Positions 52,765 through 64,000 of a stretch of DNA of 64,000 bases are shown here, piece after piece; positions within the stretch are counted from its first letter, which is position 1; every line of letters starts with the position of its first letter. The position numbers and the translations under genes are program-made. The notes beneath the pieces were generated by a model, which was given only the letters and a program-made list of their open reading frames with translations, was not told the origin of the DNA and searched no databases. Origin of the DNA: Squalus acanthias (Eukaryota); assembly GCA_030390025.1 (NCBI GenBank), contig CM059448.1, positions 16,802,001 to 16,866,000 of the forward strand, given 5' to 3'.

Positions 52765-53410
52765 TTTATTTTGCCACCTCTGTAACATCTCCCACTTCTG
52801 CTACTACTTCAGCCCATCTGTTGCTAAAACTCTCAGCCATGCCTTTGTCACCTTCGGACTCAACAATGCTCTTCTGGCCAGCATACTATCCTCCACCTTC
52901 TGTAAACTTCTGCTCATCCAAAACTCTGCTGCTCATATCCTATCCAGCACGAATTCCCACTCACCAATCTCCCCTGTCCTCACTGAGCTACAATGGCTCA
53001 CAGTCCCCGACACCTCAAACTTAAAATTCTCATCCATGTGTTTAAATCCCTTCATGGTTCCACCGCTCCCTATTTCTAATCTTCTCCAGCCCTATGACCC
53101 CCCATCCCACTCTCTGTACCTCACGTGTGCATCCCTGCCCTCTGTCCGGCCCATCATTGGTGACCATGTCTTCAGCTGCCTACACCCCACGCTCTGGAAT
53201 TACCTCCCTAAATACCCCTGCATCTCCACCTTTTAAGAGCCTCCTTTATACCCACCTCTTTGACCAAGGTTTTGTTCATTCCTCCTAATATTTCCTTCCT
53301 TGGCGCGGCATCCTTTTTAAAAAATTAAACTTCGGTGAAGCGCCTTGGCAGTTTTTCTACATTAAAGTGCTATATAAATGCGCGTTGTTCTTGTAGTAGT
53401 AGTAGTTGTT
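52765..53410 (+). mobile_element. Old L2 3' fragment directly after exon 11
   Basis: Homologous to 46005-46647; HAFVT, IQNSAA, LWNYLPK motifs; tail gtgctatataaatgc. Confidence 0.85.
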
Positions 53411-53704
53411 GTCATTCAGTACTATGCAGCATTCAATTAGATTTAAGTGTTCCCTTATTTCTCCCCCACTCCACCCTAAGAGATGGGATAGAATTGTGTA
53501 AATGTTTAGTAAATTACACACCAGTTTCAATATGCTTTCCCGAGTAGCTAATGAATAATTTGGTGCCACATTTTTTCTTCTTCCTCCACCCACCGCCTGC
53601 TCCAAAATCTCTGGAGCATCCTGAAATGACGCTTGTCTTTCAGGTGCATTCTGTTCTCCTCTTTAAAAAAAAAAAAAAAAAAAAATTCCAATACATATTA
53701 TTCA

Positions 53705-54030
53705 GGTATGGGATTAGTAACCCAGAGCTTGAATTCAGATCCCACCATGGAAAGTTGTGAACTCGATTGTCAATGAATCTGGTAATTTATGGGCTGGCTG
53801 CAGGGAAAAATGACCAAGCTGCAGACTTGCAATAGAAACCCAAATGGGAACACGCTCACTCCAACCTGGTCTGGCCTACATGTGACTTTAGTTAAGACTA
53901 CATGGTTGACTCTTGGTGCCCTCTGAAGTGGCCTGGCCAGTCACATTGATTGATTGTACAAGACCCATCTGTGAAAGCAGGAATAAGCAATAAATGTAAC
54001 CTTGCCAGCATCACCCACGGAGCAGATGCA
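53705..54030 (+). mobile_element. Older copy of the Zenon-tailed SINE
   Basis: B-box-like gaattcagatccc; ggtctggcctacatgtgact...ggttgactctt...gccctctgaagtggcct; tail gcaataaatg..ccttgccagc. Confidence 0.7.
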
Positions 54031-54203
54031 AATTGACCTACATTTGCTGTGCTTGCTGAATATTGTCAGTTACTAATTTATAATAAAATTGTGAGTTTTC
54101 AAATGAATATCTTTGAATTTGGCAAATGTTTCATGATCCAGCACAAAGGCCAAAACTGCATTTTCTGTATGAATAATTTCCTTTTCTCTTTTTTTCTTTC
54201 TAG

Positions 54204-54302
54204 TCCCTGCGAAAGAGGTTCAGGCACGAGCGGTGTTTTATCCCCTTACGGGTAAAGGCCAAGCTGTTAGTATGTGCTACAGAACACTTTACATAGGAAC
54301 AG
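54204..54302 (+). CDS. PHF12: PHF12 exon 12: start of FHA region
   Basis: ctttctag|TC CCT GCG...GGA ACA G|gtaaga; 99 nt; (V)[32 protein letters not shown](G). Confidence 0.96.
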
Positions 54303-54389
54303 GTAAGAAATGAATTGCCTGAAATAGTTACCGGAAAATGGCATGCCTTGCTAGTGGCTGATAATTGCAGTACAGACTGATCTGTGCTT

Positions 54390-54610
54390 TTTTTTCTTTA
54401 ATTCATTCACGAGATGTGGGCGTCACTGGCAAGGCCAGTGTGTATTGCCCATCCCTAATTGCCCTTGAGAAGGTGGTGGAAAGCCGCCGCCTTGAATCGC
54501 TGCAGTCTGTGTGGTGAAGGTACTCCCACAGTCCCGTTAGGTAGGGAGTTCCAGGATTTTGACCCAGCGACGATGAAGGAATGGCGATATATTTCCAAGT
54601 CGGGATGTTG
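54390..54610 (-). mobile_element. Zenon-like LINE 3' end
   Basis: Reverse complement matches 14380-14596. Confidence 0.88.
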
Positions 54611-55910
54611 ACCTGACTTCCCCATTTTACCAGGTGCCCTTTGTAACATTATCTGAAGTCCATTGGTTAATCGGTGTACTTAAAATGTAGCGAGGAAACT
54701 TACTGTTGCTATCCCCCACCCCCCACCAAAAAAAAGTTTATCTGGTTTAATATGAAGAGCTGAATGTTTGACAAATAAATATGTTTGAAGGCAATAGTCT
54801 ACCAAACCCAAAATCATGCTGTTTTATTGGATGTTCAAAACAAAGTCTGTGACTAGTGCATTACTCCCAACTGTAAAGTCCAAACCAATGAGTCTCAGAA
54901 AATTCCTGCAGTGTTCGGAGGCACACCTTAACTTCATACTATTGGGCTCAGGTGAACTACAGACAAATTAAGTAAGAAAGTGCCTGGAGAAACTGATAAT
55001 CGTGTCAGAAAAATCAATGAAATGTGCTTTACTTTTACAACGCTTTGGTTTGAGCAGATGCAGTTTGTCTGGTTTACCTAATTTACCCAAATTAAGCATA
55101 TCCAATATAAGTGGGATATGCTTTTAATAACTAATTGATCTGCCAGTCTTTGGACATATTACATGCTTTCTCCACTCTTCTTTCTCATTGTTAAGCTTCT
55201 TGAACTACCTTTTTTTGTTCTGAACTTCAATTTCTCCGTTACTGCTCATTCTGTAACTTGTAAATTCACTTCTTCTCAATTTGCTGTTTAAATTTTCCCC
55301 TTTTATTTAATTTTTCAGCCCTGGTAGAGCTGAGGGGGAAGTGATTCAGAACTTCGGTGTTCAGTCATGCTAGGCGGGGAGGGGAGGAAAGGTTTAGCTT
55401 GGGCTGCGGAGAGAGGCCGAGAGACCTTTGATGTGAAGTCGTATTGGTTGAGAGATTTGTATCGGGAAGAGCAGACAGGCTGAGCCAATCAGGAGCTGGC
55501 CATGTGGGAGGAAAATAAGTTAGAAGTGCAGAAACTAATTAAAAAGTAGGAAAATAGGGTAAAACTAGTGGGAAGTATAGACAGTTACAAAAAAAACGCA
55601 CCGTGTTCGCATTGACTGTGATGTGATTGGTCTGTGATGACTACACATTGAAAGGGACCAATCAGTAATGTTGGAGGCACTCCAATCATACAATACATTG
55701 AGATGCAAACTTTTTAACATGGATAGATTGGGTGCAAATGGTTCCATGGTGTGTTTATTTCAACAAAAAAAAAGTAACCACATTGGTCACTGAATCTGCA
55801 GCTTTGTTCATGGTACTGATATTCCTTAATGTTCCAAGTAATTTGAGGGCATACAGTAAATTGCACACTGACTATTGTAACTGAGATTTATTTTCTTGGG
55901 TTTTTTTCAG

Positions 55911-55993
55911 GTGCTGACATGGATGTGTGCCTTACAAATTATGGACATTGTAATTATGTTTCAGGCAAACATGCCTGCATATTCTATGATGAG
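55911..55993 (+). CDS. PHF12: PHF12 exon 13: FHA domain
   Basis: tttttcag|GT GCT GAC...GAT GAG|gtaagg; 83 nt; (G)[27 protein letters not shown]. Confidence 0.97.
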
Positions 55994-56216
55994 GTAAGGT
56001 TCATGAGTCTGAATGCTATCCTCTCCCTGATTTGGGGGGGGGGGAAAAACAAAACAAAAAATTGGTAAATGTGCAGTTCTTCAGCTGGGCCAACATCGCA
56101 AATTACTTGAAAGTTTTGTGTGATTGTAGTGCTTGCTGAGTTGGCAGCAAGCTCTACATATGCTATCTGATTTCATGCTAATGCTATTTGATATAATTGG
56201 GTTTCCACAGTTTAGT

Positions 56217-56345
56217 TATAAGAATATAAAAAATAGGAGCAGGAGTAGGCCATTCGGCCCCTCGAGCCTGCCATTCAATAAGATCATGGTTGATCTTCTA
56301 CCTCAACTCCACTTTCCCGCCTATCTCCGCATCCCTTGATTCCCT
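56217..56345 (-). mobile_element. CR1 extreme 3' end
   Basis: Reverse complement matches 8700-8832. Confidence 0.8.
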
Positions 56346-57036
56346 AGGTGTTGCTGTTTTAGCAATCTATATCTAAGCCAGCTATTTGCTTCAGAATAAC
56401 AATTCACCTTGATGCAGCAGGATAATATTTGAAGTATAATGGGTTACAAAATTTAATGTAGAAAATGCGGTTTCAAAGTTGCACATACAGGAAACTTTGG
56501 AGAGCATAATTAACTTAAGTATAATACTGATGTGCTAAACCCTAACTGATTAGGATCTGCAATTGGGCTACTTCCAAGGCAGTTGAAAAGAGCCGGATAT
56601 ATTTGGTAATCGATGTCTTGGGGAAAACAGGATTAACTGGCAGCAAAATGTAAGTAATACCAGGCCAAAAGAATTGGCTAAGTGCTCAGTGGTAAAATAC
56701 TGTCAAAGAATATATTAGTGATAGAGACTCATCAATAGAATGAAATTACACAACCTGTCACACTGAGCAAGAAATTTGCAACCAAATGGGACAAAGAGAA
56801 ACCCATAATTAAGATACTGGAGTGTAACTGTCACAAAGACACTTGGGGAGTGCAACAAATTATTGTCTGTCTTGCGTATTTCATAGCACAGAAGAAAATA
56901 AAAGTGCTCATTGTAGATTGCAACCATATCCGTTTTATAAAGTTACTTTTATTCTACACTCACCAGAATGGACTCCATATAATTAATGAAAGAAGAAAGG
57001 AGATTTTTTGACTTTCAAAAAACTAAATAGTTTATA

Positions 57037-57041
<5 letters not shown>

Positions 57042-57069
<28 letters not shown>
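57042..57069. repeat. (TA)n microsatellite
   Basis: About 14 TA units. Confidence 0.9.
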
Positions 57070-57073
<4 letters not shown>

Positions 57074-57442
57074 GTTTTTGGAGGTGAAGAACTTGTTTGT
57101 ATCTTTTGATTTCTGTAAATTGTTATTAATCGAGGTGATGTTTCTGTTTAAGTGACATGTAATTAACTCCAAGTATTTGCTGTGGTCCCTTGCACTGCGC
57201 AGCAGACCAGGTGGTAATTGATAGCTCATTAACCATACCTGTAATAAGAGCATATAGTTATGATAGATTTGAGCAAGTAGAGTTGCAGTCACAAGAGCAA
57301 AGAAAGGCCAAGGGAGATCAACTAGTAGGGGTGTTCAGTATTTTGAGAGTGTCATTAGTGAAAGATGATATCCACTGGTCCGTAATCAGTAACAAGGGGC
57401 ATAAAGTTAGAATTTGTCTTAGAATCATAAAGGGAGAAATTA

Positions 57443-58200
57443 TGGCCCGGAATTTGTGGTCAGCGGTAAAACAAAGGCATTTGCCGCTGGCCCCGAAGTA
57501 AGCTTCGCACAAGGATCTCGCGATCTCTGTGTCAAAGTTTGGGTTTTCTGATGCGTAGTTCAAATCAAGAGTATAGTGGGGATCCCCTTGTGCGAACTGC
57601 TGTGACGTCAACAAGCTGTCTAAGCAGCCAATCTAAATGCAGAATTCTCAGACAGCAAACAAGGAAGTGAGTAAGCTCTTAAAATTCTAACTTTTTAAAA
57701 ATGTTAGAGAGCAAAACAAAGATTGAAGCTCTCGCATGGGAAAAGGCAAAGCTGAAATAAAGATGAGAATTTTTTTTTAAATTAAGATTTTTTTCTTTAA
57801 GTTTCTTAAATTTAAATTTTTATAAAAATGGCTAAATTTGACACTGCACAAAATTAAAATTAGTTTTTCAGGGCCATAACCTTTGTTTAGCAGTCGATAC
57901 ACTGTTAAACCCCCAGTTAGACCTAATCCCTTTGGGTCTAACTTTTAGTGGGGACTTTAACAGCGGTATTACTGCGGAAGAGCCAATGTTTTCGTTGGTT
58001 TCCCTGATTTGAGAAATTACACTGATTGCCGGCTTTGTGGTGGGAGGGGCACAGTGCAGCCTGTGGAGGAGCAGTGAATGACAGACCGCAACTTCGAGAT
58101 TTGGCACAGGCGGAAATCCTGAAGTTGTGGTCAGTTTCAAAGGCGGAATGACGGCGAACGCTGCCAGTTTGCCGTCTTCCGGGCCCATAAATTTTGGGCA
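57443..58200. mobile_element. Non-autonomous DNA transposon/MITE (PIF-Harbinger-like termini) nested in a decayed CR1
   Basis: Imperfect TIR ggcccggaatttgtgg...ccataaattttgggca; CR1-like sequence on both sides (about 57290-57442 and 58200-58405). Confidence 0.6.
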
Positions 58201-59553
58201 AAGGGTTATTAGAATATGGAATGTATTTCGCCCGAAATGGCTATTGAAGCCAAGTCAATTAAGATATTCTAAATAGTTGAAGAAAAATATTAAAAGGTAC
58301 AGGGAAAGGGGAGGGAAACGAGATTAGAGTCGATTACTCCAATGGGGAGCTAGCACTGGCACAGGTATGATGGACAAAATGGCCTCCTATGCTGAAATTT
58401 TTATCATATCCTAGTGTGTAAATGAGAGTGTCAGTCTTGGGGAACACGTGTTGGCCATTTCTGAGGTTGACCCAAGCTCCAATGTTGTTTTCTATTTTTT
58501 GGGGGGTGGGGGACATCCAATGAAGACTGGTCTGCGATGCAAAAATGCAGTATTGATGACACATTAAATCTCCAGACCCTCGACTTACTTAATTGCTGGT
58601 TATCATTTTGTTTGAGTAGAGATGTGTGGTTATTACGCTCAGTAAATATCCAATTTACAATGTTCCACCAAAGTTCAAGTAAGGTAAATATGAGCTGATG
58701 AACTGATGTAGTTCGCTACTGTAAATGCGCAACTTATAAGATCCCATTCCTGTAGTAGCTTGACTTTTTTTTCTTTTAAATAGACAAAAGACACAAGGTT
58801 AGTGGAATCCAGGGATTCGGGTGATGTTCTAATATCACTATAGTTGCCCTGTGTCTGCCAGTGATCTTTGTCTTGAATTTCGTCAGAATATTTTCTGCTA
58901 AAGCTACTTTAACTTGCTTCCCAGTGACTAGCTGTTTGCATGGCAGTCTATGTGTGTAAGTGTAATGAGAATACTTCGTTTTTAAAAAAAAAAATAAAAG
59001 TAAGCGGAAAGACTGGATATGAACAGGAACACTTTATGGAGAACAAATTTGAATTAAGCTTTTAGTGGGGATAAAATGTAAATATTTACTGTCAATGTTG
59101 ATGAGTCTTTTTCCTGGTGTCGCACTTTAGCTGTTAAATAAAGTTGCAAATGAAAGAGTAATAACAGTTGAGACTGATGTCTGACTTGAAAGTGTCGTTC
59201 ACCTTGTGGCCAGCAGTGTAGAATTACTCGTTTTGTTTGAGCAGAGGAAATTAAAGCTCATAATATACCATTTATAGTGCACTACATCTGGGACGTAGAT
59301 AAGAAAAGCAGTTCTTGTTTGCACAAGTTTACCTGCTATCTTTCCATTTGCTTTTCCTGAGCTGAGCCAGATAAACAGCTTATGCTTGCCTTTTTTGGAT
59401 TTGTCCACATTAAACCTGAGACTTTGGATACGTAACTCCTGAACTGTGGAATGCTTTCATTGCCAATAAACTGAGCCATGTAGTGTAAAAAGCTTTTGCT
59501 GTGCATGTTGTCGGTCTTAAATTTTTGGTAAATTATCTTCTCTTTGTTTTTAG

Positions 59554-59692
59554 AACACAAAACACTATGAATTGCTAAACTACAGTGAACATGGGACAAC
59601 TGTTGACAACGTTCTCTATTCGTGTGACTTCTCTGAGAAAACTTCTCCCACTCCACCAAGCAGTATTGTTGCCAAAGTTCAAAGCGTAATAA
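59554..59692 (+). CDS. PHF12: PHF12 exon 14: FHA domain
   Basis: gtttttag|AAC ACA AAA...GTA ATA A|gtaagc; 139 nt; [46 protein letters not shown]. Confidence 0.97.
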
Positions 59693-60382
59693 GTAAGCAC
59701 TTTTCTTTTTACACTTTCCAAAGTTAATTTAAACTGAATGGATGAACAGTAACTGTTACCACTTAGTACTGTAATAGTATACAAAGATACCATCCAGCCA
59801 TTAATTCTCTAAGCAATTTTGCAATATAATTAAGCATTTTAAACAGTGAAAACGAGTAAGAAAAGCCAGTATACAGTACAATAAAACTGCTGTGATCTGG
59901 GCAACAGAAGCTTAATTATATTGGTAAACAGCCTCACTAACAGAAGTAAGACTCTTTGAGTTCAAACTGTTAGGATGGAGAGTAGCCCATTCTTGTTTAT
60001 TGGGAGCTCATGTTGAAGGAAACAACAACAAAGACACAGGAACCCTCCTAAAGAGTGATTGGCATCTACCACTGTGTTGTTCTTCCCCAGTAAACTTTAG
60101 TAGCAGAGCATAAACAACGGGATTGTCCACTATTAAAGTTGCCAACATCCAATTGACCACAGCACTTGGAGACGTGCAAACATTTTCACTGGACAATTCA
60201 AGTTCATAAAATGGAACCCACTTGGGTATCTTGTGTCATAATCATTTTCTAATGAATTAAAGCTGATTTTAAGTAGAATTTTCTTGTAGACGGTTAAATA
60301 TTCCAACACAGTTTGGAAACACTGGGCAACATTCCATTTACTGTGACCTGTAGGGTAAATATTTTTGATATTTTGTTTGCAG

Positions 60383-60711
60383 AATATTGTAAGAGCAGAA
60401 AGGAAGAGGAGGAACAGGAAGAGACGGTCATGAGTTCCCAAGGCCAGGGACTGCATGGTAAAACCTGTAACTGCAAGGCCAGCAGCTCTAGTCTAATAGG
60501 TGGCAGTGGAGCCGGCTGGGAAGGGACAGCATTGCTGCATCATGGGAGTTACATCAAGCTTGGTTGCCTGCAGTTTGTGTTCAGCATCACAGAGTTTGCA
60601 ATGAAGCAGCCGAAAGAGGAGGAAACCCTAGTACACGATGCTGACTTAGAACAGAAGCATTTGATGAAACTTCATCAAGTGCCAGTGTTACGATCCAACT
60701 CTGTTCCATGA
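60383..60711 (+). CDS. PHF12: PHF12 last coding exon (exon 15) to stop codon
   Basis: tttgcag|AA TAT TGT...GTT CCA TGA; includes [45 protein letters not shown] and the C-terminus PVLRSNSVP*. Confidence 0.97.
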
Positions 60712-61900
60712 GGTTTCTGAAATGTACACAGGACTAAACGGGGAGCCATGAACCGAAGAAGCTGTCTTTATATTGCATGGAATGAAGTATCTTCAGCATT
60801 TTTTCTTTTTTTTTGCTCAGATTTTGTGGGCAGTTGCACATAGAATTTGTATAATGACTTCTCTTTTAAATATGTAACTTGTCATAGTTGTAAATGTTGA
60901 CTGAATGAGAAAAAGAAGCAAGGTCCTATTTGAAGGTCATGGTATAAAGCCCTTTGCAGAACGAACTGGAAAAGCCGAGGATACATTCAGACTGCATCCC
61001 TAAACATGTACAAATAATCAAAGACTTGTTATATTTTGTGCCAGTGACAATAGTTTTTATAAATATGTGCAAAGTTTTCATAAAAGGATATGTTTATCTA
61101 CTCTGATCATTGTTTTATTTAATGTATCTGGAATCCTATGACCCAGATGTTTTCTGCTACTTTTGCACTACAAGTAGCTGCTGTGTACTGATTAAAGAGG
61201 AAAAAAAAAACCTTTCAAATATCAATGGTATTTTATTTGACTGAGAAAGGAGAAGTGTTAAAGTAGAGTCTGTGTTATTGCACCTTTAATGGTGTCAGTG
61301 GTTTTTAAATGTGTAACATGCTAAAAACTTGTGGTATGGCACCAGCTGCCGTTGTGTTGTATTGTAGCGTAAAAGTTTGTCGTAAGCTTGTTAAGGTCCT
61401 TTTTCACACAGTAGTTCAAATGTAAATAGTTAATGTATTGTTTCAGATTTTACAACAGACACTTTCATGTATTCTGTATATAAAAAATTGACTCCAAGTT
61501 CCTGTCTCTGCCTGTCTATTATGACTGTAAATACATCAGATTTTTTAAAGAAAAACTCCTTGTTGCAGTTGAATATTTTAACACCGAGTGCGATCATCAT
61601 TCTTCACCCATTCTCTTCCACATTGGTAGGTAATGATATAAAATGAGATGGACAATTTTTTCAGGATTCCTATTGCTTTAAAACCACACATTATAAACCG
61701 ATCACGTGATCTGAAATGTTCAATTCCATATACACATAGCCTTGTACCGTCTTCAGTTTTTCTCCCTGGTCAATGTTACAGTTTGATATCCCTTGTTTGT
61801 ACCACATTAACTTTCTAAATCTGAGTTTGAAAATTATTTCTAATTTCCAGTCATTTCAAACAAAGTTTTATTTTTTAATAAACAGGTAGATCTTGTCATC
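60712..61900 (+). other. PHF12: PHF12 3'UTR (3' end inferred)
   Basis: Follows the stop codon; AT/U-rich, no recognisable repeats, several TGTA motifs; first canonical AATAAA I found is at 61877. Confidence 0.7.
61877..61882 (+). terminator. Polyadenylation signal AATAAA
   Basis: Canonical hexamer preceded by a U-rich tract and followed by GU-rich tcttgtc...tctctgtgtctgtc; variant signals ATTAAA (61191) and TATAAA (about 61479) lie upstream. Confidence 0.55.
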
Positions 61901-64000
61901 AAATGTAATGGCTACTGGTCTCTGTGTCTGTCAGTCCATTGTGATTGTGCATTGCAGTAATTGTCAGCTTTCATGGCAGTCAAAAAGCCATTATAAGGTT
62001 GGAAGAGATCCTAAAATCAGAGCCTCAGTAGTGATGTCTGACGTGCTTTTGGCTATAAAGTACCCACTTACTCCACTGCTCTTCTTTCCAGATGAGAATT
62101 TAGGTTGTGTTGGAACCACATTGGGAAAAAATATCCCAGAGTTAGGAGAAATGCGGAATGAAGTCCTATTCTCAATGCAGATGGACAATACCACACCAGC
62201 CAATTGGACTGGTTCTAAGCCAGGGATCATCGAAAATGTTGACTACACAAAGTCCTGCTCTCCTGTCAACAGGCAGCAACAGTGGGCTTGAAGCAATAGG
62301 CTACAGCTCACCAACAAACACAGCTGAAGAGCTCAAGCTCACTAGTTTGAAATAATAGAATTGATAATTGACTCAATTATCAATTTGTTCCTCAGAAGCA
62401 ATAGGATCGAGAACAGTTGGGAAAGATGGCCAAAAGTGCTGCTGACATACCTCAGGCTACAAGATAAGTGAATATTTAGGTCAATTTGACTTGCTAGCCT
62501 TCTGTTCATTGGCAGAATCAGTGAGTGATGTGTCCACTGCCTCATTCTCGACTACACGGAGATACCCACCCAATCTCAAATAAAAGTCTGATGGAGAGGA
62601 AGGTGGAGTCTTTCCTAGTTCTTCGGCAAAAGGAAGAATCCCATGCTATTTTCAACAGAATTGCATGAAAAGGAATGTACATTGGGTTTAATATTAAGAT
62701 GCCCATCCTTGAATATTTCGGTGGGGGTGGAGAATGTGATGACCATTCAACCCTTTTGAGATGATCTTTAGAGATGAAGTTCAAATTCTTGAATTCGGTG
62801 GAAATTTAAGCTGTAGGCTGGAGCAGTGGTTTTGAAACATTTCTGTGTAGCAGATCCCCTGAAAACATTGGGCACCCTCTGTCCTAAATTCCAAACAATA
62901 GCTATTTGAAGGACAACAGTGCCAGCAGGCAGAATTTTTTTTTTATCGTATACAATAAAAGTAATGCAACTCAACAAATATGAATAGTTATGAACTTGCA
63001 GACCCCCAGACTTCTTGGACACCAGACTAAAAAAAAATGCTTATTGCCTCAGTTGTCTGAAACAAATTGAGCTAAGGTAGGTGTCTTATTACACTCCCAA
63101 GCTGAGGAGGTGCTTCTAGTCCAGGAATGGTGTTGCTTTTATTTGTTACTGTTATCATTCTTAGTCTGTGACTGTGCAGAATCCTGAAGACTAAGAAAAT
63201 TAAGCCACCACTTCAAAAAGTGAAAGATTATGAATCAATGTCATCACTTAGGCACCGAGGTGGAGATTACTGTATGGTATAAACCTCAAATGTACATCAT
63301 TGTACTTAGCTACTTGCGAAAGCCACAAATACCTTAAGGTTTTGGTTGATGGTTACTAGTAATAAGTATGATGTAATTAAGTCATGACGCACTTTTAAAC
63401 ATTTTTCTGGTGGTGCTGATCCATGTTCAGTTCCATGGGTATTAGTCACCACACCACCCCTCCCCCAAAGTGGCATGTGTGAGCTTAGATGTGATCTTGT
63501 CCTTGCTTCCCCATCTGCTGCTTCAGATGGATTAGGGAATCTGTAGGTCAGAATGGGAATGCCAAATATTGCCTCCCTGATGAATGCAAAATTAACGATC
63601 AGATGGGCTTTGGTGCTGGAGGTCAAAAAAGACCCGACAGCCTGTGCTACACCCACTCTGAACAATAGGTACAACAGATTTGGAGTGTAACAATAATGAG
63701 GTGGTTTCTTTTGGTTGCTTTACTCACCCCTGAGATCTTACAAATCCAGAATACTGGTGAGATGGGACAGTTTGTCCCATTTATTTATTCATTTTTAGTT
63801 ATTTTCTTATTGATAATTGCAATCGTCGTGTTTGACGGTCGTAATAGGGTTGGTAAATGGTAATAACTTATCAGTAAGCATTAGCCTGAGCAACATTTAT
63901 ATACTACTGCTTTGGTGTCTTCAGTAGTTTAAATATTTTTGTTGAACTGGTAACATTTTGACATTGAAATGAGGGTCTGATCAAACGGCTATTCGACTCT

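Noticed and set aside
63306-63674. 122-aa minus-strand ORF as a convergent gene
   Set aside because: Non-ATG start, no recognisable domain and no supporting exon structure.

Overview
This is eukaryotic (vertebrate) genomic DNA, not prokaryotic. The repeat content (CR1, L2, CR1-Zenon-like LINEs, SacSINE1/Deu-type SINEs, palindromic MITEs) points to a cartilaginous fish, probably a shark. The window holds most of one + strand gene, PHF12 (Pf1, the PHD-finger subunit of the SIN3B/HDAC/MRG15 complex). I traced 13 coding exons by hand, equivalent to human exons 3-15 (22295-60711, 2869 nt, about 955 aa). All have GT-AG boundaries and matching phases, and a 3'UTR follows. I did not find exons 1-2, so 1-22294 is presumably intron 2. 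The introns are filled with decayed retroelements and MITEs. No rRNA, genuine tRNA gene, CRISPR array or intact transposon ORF is supported. Leads most worth testing: (1) a ~210-nt hairpin-rich element duplicated on both sides of the PHD2 exon, ending at an ACA motif, with one copy inserted with TSD-like flanks in the centre of a MITE; (2) an old L2 remnant in frame with exon 11, open for 159 codons and followed by poly(A) signals; (3) a candidate poison exon in intron 5; (4) a candidate alternative terminal exon downstream of the 3'UTR. All four are sequence-only hypotheses. Repeat boundaries are approximate and family names come from recall, not from a database search.
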